Source: Octopus vulgaris
Taxonomy: Eukaryota
Assembly (NCBI GenBank): GCA_951406725.2
Contig: OX597832.1
Location: 37,448,001 to 37,512,000, forward strand
Direction: 5' to 3'
DNA: 64,000 nucleotides
In this document: piece by piece, positions 1-14,444 of the stretch
How the letters are laid out: each line of letters starts with the position of its first letter
Numbering within the stretch: position 1 is the stretch's first letter
Notes under the pieces: generated by a model
The model's input: only the letters and a program-made list of their open reading frames with translations
Databases searched by the model: none
Told to the model about the DNA's origin: nothing
Position numbers and translations under genes: made by a program

Positions 1-159
1 TTGTTATTTTTGTATGTTTATCCGTTGGAACTCTTTGCTACTTTATCTCTAGTGTCGCTGCAACGAGAGAGGTAAGCGGCAGAGGAAATAGGGACTAGGG
101 TTTGAATCGATTCCAACTACGAGTATTTCACTTACCCTTTATATATACATATAAATGAC

Positions 160-470
160 CATGGGAGTGCACCCAGAAAGTTACCCTCCCAGGGACAAGT
201 CCAGACAATGTTGGAAGACCAGCATTCGCCCATGCATACCAGCCTCCCCTCTCCACATCACTGATGTTATCCAAGAGAAAAGCAAAGGGGCCGATACAGC
301 TTGGCACCTGTGACGTCCGTCGCAACTCATTTCTACAGCTGAGTGAACTGGAACAACGTGAAATAAAGTGTCTTGCTCAAGAACACAACACGCAGCCCGG
401 TCCGAGAACCGAACTCACAACCTCACGATCGTAAGATCGACGCTCTAACCACTGAGCCATGCGCCTTCAC
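160..470 (-). mobile_element. tRNA-derived SINE, family A
   Basis: The minus strand begins GTGAAGGCGCATGGCTCAGTGGTTAGAGCG...GAGTTCGGTTCTC (A/B-box-like). A CORE-like TTCTTGAGCAAGACACTT...CAGCTGTAGAAATGAGT block follows. A homolog lies at 17160-17410. Confidence 0.85.
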
Positions 471-650
471 AACAACAATATATATATATATACGCACACA
501 CAAAACGATTCTGAAAAAGGTATAACTGTTATAAAGTCACCTTCTTCCCCCTCTATAGAGTCAAAAGAAGTCAAACAATGTTATCGACTTCCCACTAAGT
601 AGGAACTAAGTACTGAGTCTTATTTTTCTATATTGCTGTGATAAAAGGGG

Positions 651-651
<1 letters not shown>

Positions 652-707
<56 letters not shown>

Positions 708-716
708 GCTACTTCA

Positions 717-786
<70 letters not shown>
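652..786. repeat. (TAC)n followed by (TAA)n microsatellite
   Basis: Read directly from the sequence. Confidence 0.95.
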
Positions 787-788
<2 letters not shown>

Positions 789-1555
789 AGAATCTAATCA
801 AAATATATAGATAAAAATACTTGCCGACTCCATTACCCATGTGCTTGTTTTGGATCAAATATTCCTTCAAGACGATTCTTCATATAAAAAAGAAAAAAAA
901 ATGTCTGAGAAAAAAACAGGAACAGGAGAAAAAGGAAGGAAAATGTTTTCAAAGAACTCATATAATAAACATAAATAATGGTTATTGGATTGTATTTCTT
1001 TTGTCTCCTCTTTCTTCCTCGTGGTTTTCCTTTTTCTCTCCCAGTTCATCATTTCATAAGATACGTGGTAATTATTGTTTTTTTTTTCTCATTATATTGT
1101 GTGTGTGTATGTGTGTGTGAGTATGTGTGTATGTGCACGTGTGTGTGTTTGTATTTCATAAGGATGAGGGTGCAGACGATGTTGCTTCGGTACCAACAAA
1201 CGAGTCTTGCAAATCGATCGTCTGTCTCAGTGAATTCATATATCGAGAACGACGTTGACACGCGAACGTTACTGTTCGCCATCTTTGATTTATTAATCGT
1301 GTTTATATCCACTTAATGTCTTGGAGAACTGTTTACGTCGAGTAAACGCGAAATAAAAGGAAAACACATACGTACGCACACATACACGCAAACACACACT
1401 CACCTACACGCACCCCCTCCACACGCACACAAAGACGCACACATACACACACAAACACAAACACTCAAACATTTATAATATGCCTACATATACACATAAA
1501 TATCTACACATACATTTCTTTATATATATATATGTATATATATATATTATGTATG

Positions 1556-1610
<55 letters not shown>

Positions 1611-1647
1611 TTATATGTACATACATATGTGAATATATACCTATATT

Positions 1648-1696
<49 letters not shown>

Positions 1697-2110
1697 CATA
1701 CATACATACATACACACACATACACACACTCACAAACACACACGCACACACACGCACGCACACATACGCGTCCACACACACACATACACACTCTCACTCA
1801 CACGCAAGGCACACACTATAAACCCAAAACGAAAATAAGATTATATCGAAATTTTTCTCAACTAAAAACAACTGGTTTTACAAAAGAAAACAAAATGGCT
1901 GCAATCATGTTGTAAGGCGGTTTTGGTGGCGGTGATTTCGATGGTAGAGGACAGAGGTGATCACAAGTAAAGGGCGGAGGGAGGTAGCAGAAACTTGAGC
2001 ATAATTTGTGGTGTTATTTATTTTCGATGGAGTTCGTTAGCAACATCCACACGCGCGACATACATTCTATCAATGTATATTATATATAATAAATGCATAT
2101 AAAACACACA

Positions 2111-2190
<80 letters not shown>

Positions 2191-2504
2191 TGTATATATT
2201 ACCCACGAGTCAGAATATTTGGGCCTTTGTCAAGTTTAGTTATCAATTTTTCCTAACAAAAGTTTGTGTTCATCTATGTGTATGTGAATGTGTTGCGCGC
2301 GCGTGTATATGAATGTGAATGTGTGTGTGTGTGTGTGTGTACGTGTGTGTGTGTACAGGTGTGTGTGCATGTGAATGTAGTGTGCGTTCGTATCCCAATC
2401 CTTTATTGACTTGGGTCTTGTTTTATTTCTATATTTACTTCCAGATTTATCTAACAATCTATCTTAGTCTTTTATCATTTATAGGAAAAAAACCAGCAAA
2501 AACC

Positions 2505-2506
2505 TC

Positions 2507-2542
<36 letters not shown>

Positions 2543-2651
2543 AATAATGATAATAATGATAATAATAATAATAATAACAATAATAATAACAATAATAATA
2601 ACAATAATAACAATAATAATAATAATGATGATGATGATGATGATGATGATG

Positions 2652-2691
<40 letters not shown>

Positions 2692-2930
2692 TAATAATAA
2701 TAACAATAATAATAACAATAATAATAATAATAATAATAATAATGATGATGATGATGATAACAATATTAATGATAATAACAACAGTAATAACAACAACAGC
2801 AACAACAATAATAACAATAACAGTAATAATAGTAATCATAATACCAATAATAAGAACACGAACAAGAACAAGGACAACGACAACAACAACAATAACAATA
2901 ATAGTAGCAATAATAATAAAAATAATAACG
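2505..2930. repeat. Compound (AAC)n/(AAT)n/(GAT)n microsatellite
   Basis: Read directly; this is the source of the poly-T/I/M/L ORFs. Confidence 0.95.
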
Positions 2931-3899
2931 CCTTGGGATTCATTGAACATCAAAAAACATAAGAGAAAAACTAACGACAAAAAGTAAGGAAAAGGGCCAA
3001 GTTCTAAAAGAAAGATGGTGTCGATGGTTGCGGTTTATGGTAAGACTAGTGGTAGAGTGTGTGTGTGTGTATATATATAATTACAAAAGAAAAACAGCAG
3101 TACTTTAGCGTTTGGCAAACATTCTGTAGTGTTTAGCAAACATTCGGTAATGTTTAGATTAGTATTGTCAAAGTATCTTGTACGTAAACACACGCTCGGG
3201 CTTTCTTCTTCTCTCCGTTTCTAACAAAAACACTTGTACACTTTTATACGTTTATACACACTGAACAATACCACAAAGAAACTAATATATAATAACTAAA
3301 TAAATAAAATAATGTACCGGGGCCCCATTAAGTCTAACAACATCGGTGAGATTCACCAGTTCCAGTATCTTCAACCACTATCAAGAATCCCTATTATCAC
3401 CATCATCATCGTGTTATCGCTATCATCGGTATCATCACGAATATCATCAGCACTCACTCAGCAGCACCACCACCACCACCACTATTTGTTTTGTTAAATG
3501 TTCTACGGAAAATGGTACAAAGCGGCGGGGCTGAGAAAGGACTAACAAACAAACGGTTTTTCGTCGAAGGTAAAAAGCGGAAGAGGAAGGGCAGGGGAAG
3601 GAAGCGTTGCTTAATATTTTGGTGTTGTTGTTGTTGTTGTTGGTAGTGGTGGTGGTGGTGGTGGTGGTGGTGTTGACGGCGGTGTCGTTGTTGCTGGATC
3701 ATTCCATTTGTTTTTACATCGTGGTGTGTGTGGGGGGGGGGGGACGATGAGCGGACGCAACAAGGAGTTCCATACAAATAATACAGATACCCACGTATCT
3801 GTATCTTTATGCATTCATCTATATGTATATTTACACACACACACTTACACACACACACATACCACACACATATATCTACATATATGTGTGTGTGTGTAT

Positions 3900-4100
3900 C
3901 TTTTATCTTCCACTTGTTTCAATCATTAGACTGCGGCCACGCCGGATCATCACCTGGAGGAACTTTAGTCGAACGAAATGACCTCGGTACTTAATTTCAT
4001 TTGAGCCTGGTATTTATTCTATCGGCAGTTCTTTTGCCGAATTGCTAAGTTACGGGGACACAGACACACCAACAACGGTCGTCAAGCACTTGTGAGGGAC

Positions 4101-4140
<40 letters not shown>

Positions 4141-4508
4141 AAATTTAAAGAAAAACGTAAGACGAAGTCAGGTGTATGAAGAACAAGCAAGTGTATTAGT
4201 TTGACGCTCGAGAAAAATGAAAACTTATTTTACGTTTTGAGCCTACGCTCTTCAGCAGAAAGGAATAAGAAAAAATAAGCACAGAGAGAGAGAGAGGGGG
4301 GGGGAAACTTGTAGATTTCAGTGGTCCAGCATATTGCGGGCTTCTTTCAGTTTCCTTCTACCAAGTCCATTCACAAATCTTTGGCCAGTTCGAAGATATA
4401 GTAAAAAAAAAAAAAACATAAAAATATACAGAATCAAGTTGTCACGCGGTGAGGTTGAACCTGGAACTATGCAATTGGGAAGCAAGCTTTCTACCTCACA
4501 ACCACGCT
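3900..4508 (-). mobile_element. tRNA-derived SINE, family B, interrupted at its internal (CA)n by the 4140-4320 element
   Basis: The 3' half (3900-4102) and the 5' half (4333-4508) match other family B copies, e.g. 33337-33733 and 58836-59320. Confidence 0.8.
4140..4320 (-). mobile_element. Short hammerhead-bearing element (family H1), degenerate copy
   Basis: Homologous to 62948-63156 and 24902-25063. Minus 4228-4261 reads CTGCTGA-A-GAGC-GTAG-GCTC-AAAAC-GTA, with GAAA mutated to AAAA. Confidence 0.7.
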
Positions 4509-4673
4509 TGAGTATTTTTGTGATTCTTACCCCAGATATGATCGTCATAGTGACGATCTCCCACCTTAGATTATCGCTATGTCGCTGGAACTATGTATAC
4601 TTCTAGTGTTTCTTCTGCATACACTATGTTGGAAAATGTTTATTCTGTTGATGTTGATGTGGCTGTTTAGGTT

Positions 4674-4897
4674 CAGTGGTTCTCAACGAGGTCCGTGCAA
4701 GATTCTGTTGTTAATGTCTGCGACCAATATATTAGCTATATTTCAACAATAACGAAATATTTCAACGCTTTTTTAAATACAATTCCTAATAATATTTAAT
4801 TATAAAAATACAATAGGATTTTATTTTAACATGGAGGTCCAGCAGAGAAAAACAGGAGTCAAAGAGATCCATGGCCAGAAATGGTTGGAAAACCCTG
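4674..4897. mobile_element. hAT/Charlie-like MITE
   Basis: Termini are CAGTGGTTCTCAAC ... GGTTGGAAAACCCTG, similar to 52603-52896. No clean target-site duplication (TSD) is visible. Confidence 0.55.
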
Positions 4898-5454
4898 ATC
4901 TGGATCATTCTTCACTGAGCAAACGTTTATTCAAAGGCATTCGAGGCATTACGTTTCCGTTTTTTGTACGTCAGGAAAACTTGATTCGTTTATTTGTTAT
5001 AACTTAGACATGTTTTAGTCATCGAAAGGTTTAGTCGTAAAAATCTGGTACTTATTCTATTGACTGCTTTTATCGAACTGCTAGGTTACGAGAGCGTGCG
5101 CACACACATACATACACATATATACTTACGACGGGCTTCCACAAAGTTTCCGTCTACCAAATTCACTATAGTAGAAAGCACTTGTTCATGGTTCTGCGCA
5201 GTGGGACAGCGCCCAAAACCATCCGGTTGTAAAACGAGGTTTTTAACCACACAGTCACACCTGTTCCTCTTCTTAACATGGAAGGCTGTGGTGTGGTTGC
5301 TATTTCTTGCAACTCAACCATCGAGGGGGCACTTGTTGGCTTGCCTGTCCCAGTTTTGTATCACCATGTCTAGCCACCAACTTATAATCTAATAATTTCA
5401 TTTTGACCGCATAGGATTATCCCAGAGAAGAATAATGGATATATAGCAACATAT

Positions 5455-5630
5455 TGCTTTTAAATTTTGACACAAGGCCAGCAATTTCGGGGTGGGGGTT
5501 TAGGTTGATTAAATCGACCCCAGTGCTCAACTAGTACTATTTTATCGGCTCCGAAAGGTTGAAGGGCAAAGTTGACCTCAGGGGAGTTTGAACTCAGAAC
5601 GAAAAGACGGACGAAAGCCGCTAAGCCGCC
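5455..5630 (-). mobile_element. tRNA-derived SINE, family C (partial)
   Basis: Carries the ACAAGGCCAGCAATTT...TCGACCCCAGTGCTCAAC...TTTGAACTCAGAAC block shared with the copies at 41333-42290. Confidence 0.8.
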
Positions 5631-5993
5631 CTAATGTAAACCAATGTATTACTGGTAAATGTATTAAATAAATTCTGACTCGATTTCAGCTCATGAGTTA
5701 GGAGCTAAGAAACTGGGTATTAGAATGAATAATGCCAAGTAGCTCCCCCGTTTATAACACCCCAGCGCCACCACTTACATATAAGACATAAATCATAGAG
5801 AACAAATTAGAACATGTCTCACTTATCGGAGTTGTGAAACAATTTGCATATATGAGCCTCGTTATCAAATTGTAGTTGTTAACTTCATTTTATTTTTATC
5901 GACGTAATCATGTAGATTATCATATCAAACTAGATGACACCGTATTATTAGGATACACACACACACACATACATACACACGCGCACACACTTA

Positions 5994-6173
<180 letters not shown>

Positions 6174-6900
6174 GATATATATATAAAGTTTATACACACA
6201 TATTGAGTCGAAGAGAACGTAAGAAAGAGAAAGAGAGAGAGAGAGAGAGTGACAGAGCCAGATAAAGAGGGAGAGAGAGGATGTGGAAGAAAACAGGTGA
6301 AGTGAAATGATAAATTATATACAATGATACATTATACAAATGTTTATTATCCGCCAACAAACACGAAACAAACACTCACAAAAACAACAACAACAGCAAC
6401 AGTAACAACTATAACAATTACATACACACACACACGCACTCAAATATTATATGCAAAATATAAAAAAAGACATAGATATAGGGGAAAAAAGCAAACATTA
6501 ACAAAAACAGTAATAAAACAAACAACAAAGGCACAGTAATAAAAAAAAACCATCAATAGCGTAAAGAAAATTAACAAATAAAAAGTACAAAGAAAACCCA
6601 AAATTGTGTAGAAAAGTCCGAAATGTGTGTGTACGGCGGCGAAGAACTGAAGTAATGCGAGTCTAATTTATGTTGAAATATCTGTTTAACATCTGTCATG
6701 TTTAAGAATTGAATTAAATCTAGAATTTCTTGGTACGGCCAACAAATTATGCATGGATGTGTTGAATTATTAGAGTTATGTTTTCTCCTTGACTTCAGAA
6801 TATTTCCTCGCTAATGTTCTTGTTGTTTATGTATATGTGTGTGTATATATGTATATGTGTATCTCTTTCTCTCTCTCTCTCCCTCGCACTCATTCTCTGT

Positions 6901-7000
<100 letters not shown>

Positions 7001-7002
7001 TA

Positions 7003-7092
<90 letters not shown>

Positions 7093-7841
7093 TTACACAC
7101 ACACACATATACACGTGTGTGTATATATATATATAGAGAGAGAGAGAGACACACACACACATATGCTTGTGGGTGTTTATATATGTATGTACGAATGCAT
7201 GTGCATCTATGTGCGTGTGTGTTGTTGAGCAGCGTCAAGAGGCGAATAGAGAGGTAGATAGAGACAACAAGCATATAAAGAAAATAAGAGACAAAAGAGA
7301 AAAAGGGAAGGAAAAATTAGGAAAGAAAACAGAAAGTAAAGAAGAAGTGAAAGAGATGAAAGGTACGGCTTTGAGATGAAAAATACAACAAAATCAGAAA
7401 AAACGAGTTTCAGGTAAGAGTGCATTGGCTAAATATGTATATAACTGTTTATAGATATACATTCGTATACATACACATATATATACACGCATACAAGCAA
7501 CTGCATACATACGTGTATTAACATACTTAATACACGTATGTATATTCTTATTCTCATAATTCTATGCAGCAATACTTATGGATAAAGATATGTATACATA
7601 CATGCAAACACATATCCATGAGTACATACATACATACATACACGTAAATGTATAGGCACACACAGAGACATGTATATAATAATAATCTCTAATGTACACG
7701 TTGAACAGCGAGAATCAAAACTATGACTTGCATATTTGTAACACACCCGATCCATGAACATGCGATAACTTTAGGAAACCCGGTGTTTTGGTAACGTTAC
7801 ATCTCATCAGGCTACAAAATCTAAAAAAATTAAATGAAAAC

Positions 7842-8344
7842 AGAATCAATAATATATTGCAGGCCCCCAAAACTCTTTTTAAAAGAGTTACATTCGATAA
7901 TAACAGAATTAATATCTTCGAAAATTAATTTTTCGTGAATTATTTTTCTTGTGAATTGTTTGCCCCTGTATCGAGATTATTTTCACACTAATGGCACCAT
8001 GATTTTGGCGCAAAACGAACCAGTTGCAGCGCAGTCTTCAAAACGATAGGTTGGGAGCCTCTATCATGGTAACGCGTGCTGAGAAAGCTAAAGCCATTTT
8101 TGCCAGTCCAGAAACCAGTCCACGTGCGTCTAAATAATTAAATGTGCGTTGGGAGATTGTATTAACCTGATTTGCCTTCGGTTGATTTCTATAGTTATCA
8201 TCAGTGTATTTTGGCGATTTGAATAAGAGTTTTGACTGTTATTTCCAGCAGGTAGACATACTTAGTATGTCCTTTGATTAATTTGAATCCTTCGACTATC
8301 TTATACTTTTTGTGGGGCCTGCAATCGCCTATATTATTGATTCT
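7842..8344. repeat. Segment bounded by ~30-bp imperfect inverted repeats (possible MITE)
   Basis: AGAATCAATAATATATTGCAGGCCCCCAAAA (7842-7872) is the inverse of TTTTGTGGGGCCTGCAAT[CGCC]TATATTATTGATTCT (about 8308-8344). Confidence 0.5.
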
Positions 8345-8484
8345 CTTATCGTTTCTTAAAATAGTTACATTCGATAATAACAGAATTAAGATCTTCGCAA
8401 ATTAATTTTCCCTGAATTATTTTTCTCGTGAATTGTTTGCCCCTGTATCGATATGTGTATATACAAGAAGAAAATACCTCTAGA

Positions 8485-9305
8485 TTCGACAATAAAACGT
8501 ATCGACAATTAAAAGGGCACGGCTATGGGTACGCGGTTTGCACCCTCATATGCAAACTTAGTTACGGGATACTTGGAAGAAAAACTTTATGAGGAAGTAG
8601 AAAAAGCTTTTGATCAGGAATACAAGAAATATATCATAAAATGTGGAAACGCTTCTTTGATGATTGCTTCATCTTCTGGGACAAATCGAATGAAGACCTA
8701 AATATATTTAACAATATACTGAACACACTTCACCCAGCCATCAAATTCACGACAGAATCCAGTTGCAATGAACTACCATTCCTGGATAACTTATAAAAAT
8801 ACAGAACTCCATATTCACAACAGACATTTTACAAAAAACTGACCCACACCAATATTTAAATTTCTACTCTTGTCATCCATCACACATCAAAAGAAACATC
8901 CCATACAGTATGGCAAGACGCATCTGTGCTAGAGTGACTGACCCCAAAATACATGAAACCCGACTCAACGAACTAAAAGGCTTCCTCACAATGCAGAAAT
9001 ACCCCTTAGGATTAATTAATGAAGGAATTAAAAATGCGATGAAACTGAACATCACCCAACTACGGACACCCAAGGAAAAATTAGGTATTAAAAAAAAGTT
9101 AATGAAAACACGATTCCGTTCATTAACACACACAATCCTGGAATAACCAACATCTTTCACGCCATAAAATCGAACTTACCTATACTCTACAAAGCCCCAA
9201 AATGAAAACTCTGAGGGAGAAAAAACACCTTACGGAATAGCCGACGCCAACCAAAATATCTTAAAAAACGCCTCACAAGGGCAGAATTCAAATCAGAGAA
9301 CGAAT
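8485..9305 (+). pseudogene. Penelope-like retroelement reverse transcriptase and thumb fragment (frameshifted)
   Basis: Across frameshifts it reads FDNKTYRQLKG/TAMGTRFAPSYANL..GYLEEK, WKRFFDDCFIFW (YxDD equivalent), LHPAIKFT, ELPFLD and YLNFYSCHPSHIKRNIPYSMARRI. This is the motif order of PLE RTs. Confidence 0.9.
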
Positions 9306-10100
9306 AAGAATGCTTGGTGTATATGTATATGTATATAAACATATATTTTCGTTTCATTTTATTTACTGACTGATTTTTCAAATTGTTAATTTGTATATAT
9401 TGTACTAATGTATTTTCATAGAGAACAACACTTTATTAAAAAATTCCCTCCAAAAATGAATGCTTGGAAGGGGTATATTCTAAATATGACTCAAAGACTC
9501 AAAGACTTGAAAAAGACAGGAGGAAAAAGAAAAAAGAGGAAGGGGGAAAAACAGGGAAGAGAGAAAGAAAGCAAAATGAATTTTAGTGATGACCAAACCG
9601 CACCTGTTTTTATTTTTGATTTTTTATATTATTTTTGTATATGTTTTTATTTATTTTTTTTATTTTGAAGAGGTCACCATCCTTTAACCCATTCCAATAC
9701 AATGGTAAAGGATTAGATAAATGGATAAATGAATGAATGGTGAATAGGACGGTAGATACCCCATCTCTCTCTCTCTCTTTCCCTCTACCTGTCTATCTGT
9801 CTGATTATATCTCTCTCTCTCTCTCTCCCCCTCTCTATCCTCACCCCCAAAAACAACAACAAAATTCTCCTCCAACAAAACCCCGCAAAAACATCTGTTG
9901 TATATAAATGAACAAGCTGTTTGTACATTCACATAATTTCATTTGACAAGTTCAAGAAAAGAACGAAAGCGCTAATAATAATGATTAAAGAAAAAGATTA
10001 TTTTCCAAAATTCTGACTTCTCAATATTCAATTTCTGTACATCACACCTAACACTCTATACATATGTATGTGTATATATATATATGTATGTGTGTGTGTA

Positions 10101-10140
<40 letters not shown>

Positions 10141-10195
10141 TACATACATACATTCATATATACATATATACATACATGCATACACATACATACAT

Positions 10196-10248
<53 letters not shown>

Positions 10249-11264
10249 CATACATATGTTTGTATGTGTATCTTTCGCATATATAAATATTTTATTATAT
10301 TTCTGCATATGATTCTCTCCTGGTTGTTTGAAATGTGCGATGTTAGAGACACACAGGTCCGTAATTGTATATGTATGTCCTACAGTCGCCTTCGTGGATT
10401 GGTGCTATTTCTTCTTTCAATATTTCTGGCAGTCGTCCAGCGTCTAAATAGCGTCTTATATGGTGTTTCTCAGGTGAACAATAACAAAGCTGGTTTCGTA
10501 GCGTTTTAGGAGTCGAGCTGGAAGCCATCCAGTCGTGGAACTTAGTCTGAGTTAAGACAGCATATCGATCCAATAGTGTCCTCCTGATTTATTTAAGTTT
10601 ATATATGTTAGATTGCTGTGAGAAGTTGCGTTGTCAAGTCGACTCTGCCAGGGTTGTTCTCGAGATGGCTGGGAAGAGACATTTCAACACAAGAGGGTCA
10701 CGTGTGCAGCTGAAGAAAAGCCTTCGGATTCGATTTTATGCACTTGGCCCCCGGGAATCTTTCTTTGATTTCTCCTCTTCATAGGGGCCAACGAGTAGAG
10801 CTTATAATCTTTTTTTCTGGCTCAGTCCGTTAGTTGTAATGTTGAATATTTTTTCTTTTTTTTTTCCAGCAATATTCTCGTGTGTTCCATCGTGACGGTT
10901 CGCTTGTCTCTGCGAACAGCGAAATCATTATTTCTTATTTATTTCTTATTTGGATGTCAGAAAGGAGCATGAGACGTTAGTGTTATCAATATTTCTTCGT
11001 ATGGAAATTCTGTTTTGCCTTCCAGGCTGATCATATAGATATGTGTGTGTGTGTATGTGTTTCGTGTGTGTGTGTTTGTGTGTATACATACTTATACACA
11101 CATATACCAACATATATTTATTCCTCTTTTTCTGTGACTTGATTTCATTTCTAGATTTCTCCTCAGTGTTCCGAGATTTCGGAAATAATTCCATACCAGG
11201 AATATATAGATATATGCACAATGGCCCTCACGCGTGCACACACACAGACACACACACACACACA

Positions 11265-11322
<58 letters not shown>

Positions 11323-11433
11323 TATGCGGGTGTGTGTGTGACTGTATATATACATACATATGTATATGTGTGTGCATATATATTTGTATGTGTGTGTAGA
11401 TACATTTATACGTACACATGTAGATATGTATAT

Positions 11434-11505
<72 letters not shown>

Positions 11506-11879
11506 TTATCCATACACATACACATACATATACATATGCACGCGCGCGCGTGTGTGTGTGTAGGTATATGGCCATCCCAGTAAAATTGGTTAGACATAGA
11601 TAAACACATTTACATATGCATTAGTTTGCAGAGAGGACGCCAGAAGATTGCTTTTCATTGCCCCCTAGTGTTACCTAATGGATATTTTCACTAAGCTCTT
11701 ACTTCCAACAACAACAACAACAACAACAGATACAACAACAGATACAACAACTACATCTCCCAATTCTTCAGTCCTATTCGATCTTCTTCTTCCTAGTCTC
11801 TCTCTCTTTTTCTGTTTTCTGCTTCTGCTTTTTCTTTCCTTTTTTATTTGTTCATATATCATCTGTTTTCTATCTTTTA

Positions 11880-11881
11880 CT

Positions 11882-11941
<60 letters not shown>

Positions 11942-12065
11942 TTCTTTCCTTCTTTCTTTCTTCTTCTTCTTCTTCTTCTTCTTCTTCTTCTTCTTCTTCT
12001 TCTTCTTCTTCTTCTTCATCATCTTCTTCTTCTTCTTCTTCTTCTTCTTCTTCTTCTTCTTCTTC
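11880..12065. repeat. (TTTC)n followed by (TTC)n microsatellite
   Basis: Read directly from the sequence. Confidence 0.95.
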
Positions 12066-12269
12066 CTTCAAACTGACTTTAAGCTAGCGATGCTTCCATC
12101 ACCTCTTACTACTACTTACTATCACTACCATTCATCAACCATCACCACCACCTCCACCACCAGCACCACCAGAACCACCACCACCACCACCACCACCACC
12201 ATCGCTTACTACCAGCACTGCAATCACCAACACCATCTCAAGCACAACCATTTACAAGGCAACTTCAAC

Positions 12270-12640
12270 GTGGTCACTCGCCCTGTTAGAAATAGCTGCC
12301 AAATCGTAAGCTGCCTTCCATAAAAACGAGTAAATAGAAACTATTCAGAAATGGCTTAAAATGCAGGATGGTCATGGCTAATTTGGTTTTAAACATGCGT
12401 CTCCTTGCAAAATACCTCAACCGTCAAAGCTGCCATCATATCAAAAAAATCCCAAGAAGGACTCAAAGTGCTCGGTGGGTCCGTTAGAAATAGCAACAAA
12501 ATCTCCCTCAGACTTTTACCACTGATAATGCTTGATAATGTGGCCCTGGTTTAGTCAACATAAAAAAATGCAGGATCGTCATGGACGGATTTGCTTTGCT
12601 CTCAGGTCTGCTTGACCAGGGCCAATACTGACCCTAGGGT
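12270..12640. repeat. Two degenerate tandem copies of an old dispersed repeat
   Basis: GTTAGAAATAGC..CAAA...AAATGCAGGAT(G/C)GTCATGG occurs twice. A related ATGGTCATGG/CCATGACCAT motif recurs near 16930 and 17790. Confidence 0.5.
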
Positions 12641-13026
12641 TCACAAAGACAACGACACCAACCGACCGACCGACCGACCGAACGAAAACCATTATCATTA
12701 TGATCACCACAACCACCACCACCATCACTACGATTATAACTACAACCATATCACTAACATCACCATCAACATTACCGCTACCACCACCAACGTCTCCGCC
12801 GCCGCCGCCACCACCACCTGACCGTCATTATATTATGTGTATAAATGATGTTATAAAGTTATTATAGTAAACATTTCCTTATCACACTGCAGGAAACTTT
12901 GGTATTTTAGGGAGGACTAAACATCATGTCTGTGTGTCTTTTCCCCTCTTTCTCTACCTTCCTCTTTCTCTTTCTCTCTCTCACCATTCATTCATATATG
13001 CATACATACATACATACATACATACA

Positions 13027-13060
<34 letters not shown>

Positions 13061-13096
13061 CATGCATACATACATATATACACATATATATGTATG

Positions 13097-13146
<50 letters not shown>

Positions 13147-13599
13147 CTTCTATATATGTACATATATATATACATACATACATATAGATGGATGGATGAG
13201 TGTCTATATAAGTGTATATATATATATGAATCTGTGTATATATTTATATGTATACACACGCTCACACATATATACATATCAATATGCATGCATATATATA
13301 TATGTGTATATTATGTATGTTATATATATAAATATATATATACCTAAATATATATATACATATATATATAAATACATATCCATATATATAAATATAAATA
13401 TAAAGTATATATATATGTGTGTGTGTGTATGTACACCCACACACACTCATACACTGTAAATATCTAATGACATGCCTATACCAACAACAGCAACAACAAC
13501 AAAGCTTCTACCACCATCATCACAACAGTCACCATTACTACCATCACCAACATTACTGAATATTATTATATTGTGGGGGAGTGTGATCCTCATCAAAAT

Positions 13600-13860
<261 letters not shown>

Positions 13861-14229
13861 TATGAAAGCTAATAAGAACAACATATTTTTACATCTCTTT
13901 CGCTCTCTTTTTCTTTCTTTTCTTATTTTCTTTCTGTCTGGTGTATTTGTTGTTGTTGCTGTTGTTGTTGTTGTTGTTGTTGTAACTTGCTGCTGCTGCT
14001 GCTGATGTTGTGGTTTTAGTTCTGATTCTGCTTTAATGTAATTACATGTTTGAATATTTTGATATCTATTGAAATACAGAAATGTGTAGTGGGTGGTGGT
14101 GGGTGGTTGTGGTGGTGATGGCGGGTGGTTGTGGTTGTGGTGGTGGGTGGTGGTAGTAGGGATAAAACAACAAATAACAAGCAAGAGCAATTACGACGAC
14201 TACGACGATGACGATGACGACGACGATGA

Positions 14230-14261
<32 letters not shown>

Positions 14262-14444
14262 ATGAAGTAGGAGGGAGAAGGAGAAAAAAGTAGAAGCGGA
14301 GATGGAAGAAAAGAAGGAGGAGAAGGGGAGAAGGAGAAGGGGAGAAGGAGGAGGTGGAGGAGGAAGAAGAAGAAGAAGAAGAAGAAGAAGAAGAAGAAGA
14401 AGAAGAAGAAGAAGAAGAAGAAGAAGAAGAAGACAGTAGCAAAA

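Noticed and set aside
395-470. tRNA-like sequences here and at 41690-41733, 42480-42550 and 58836-58900
   Set aside because: They are SINE heads: no complete cloverleaf, and each continues directly into a repeated SINE body.
7200-7420. Possible plus-strand exon ending at CAG|GTAAGA (7413/7414)
   Set aside because: No convincing acceptor, low-complexity purine-rich content and no recognisable peptide.
7785-7812. Minus-strand CTGATGA-GATGTAACGTTACC-AAAAC hammerhead-like string
   Set aside because: GAAA is absent, stem II has no loop and stem I is missing; it is too degenerate to call.
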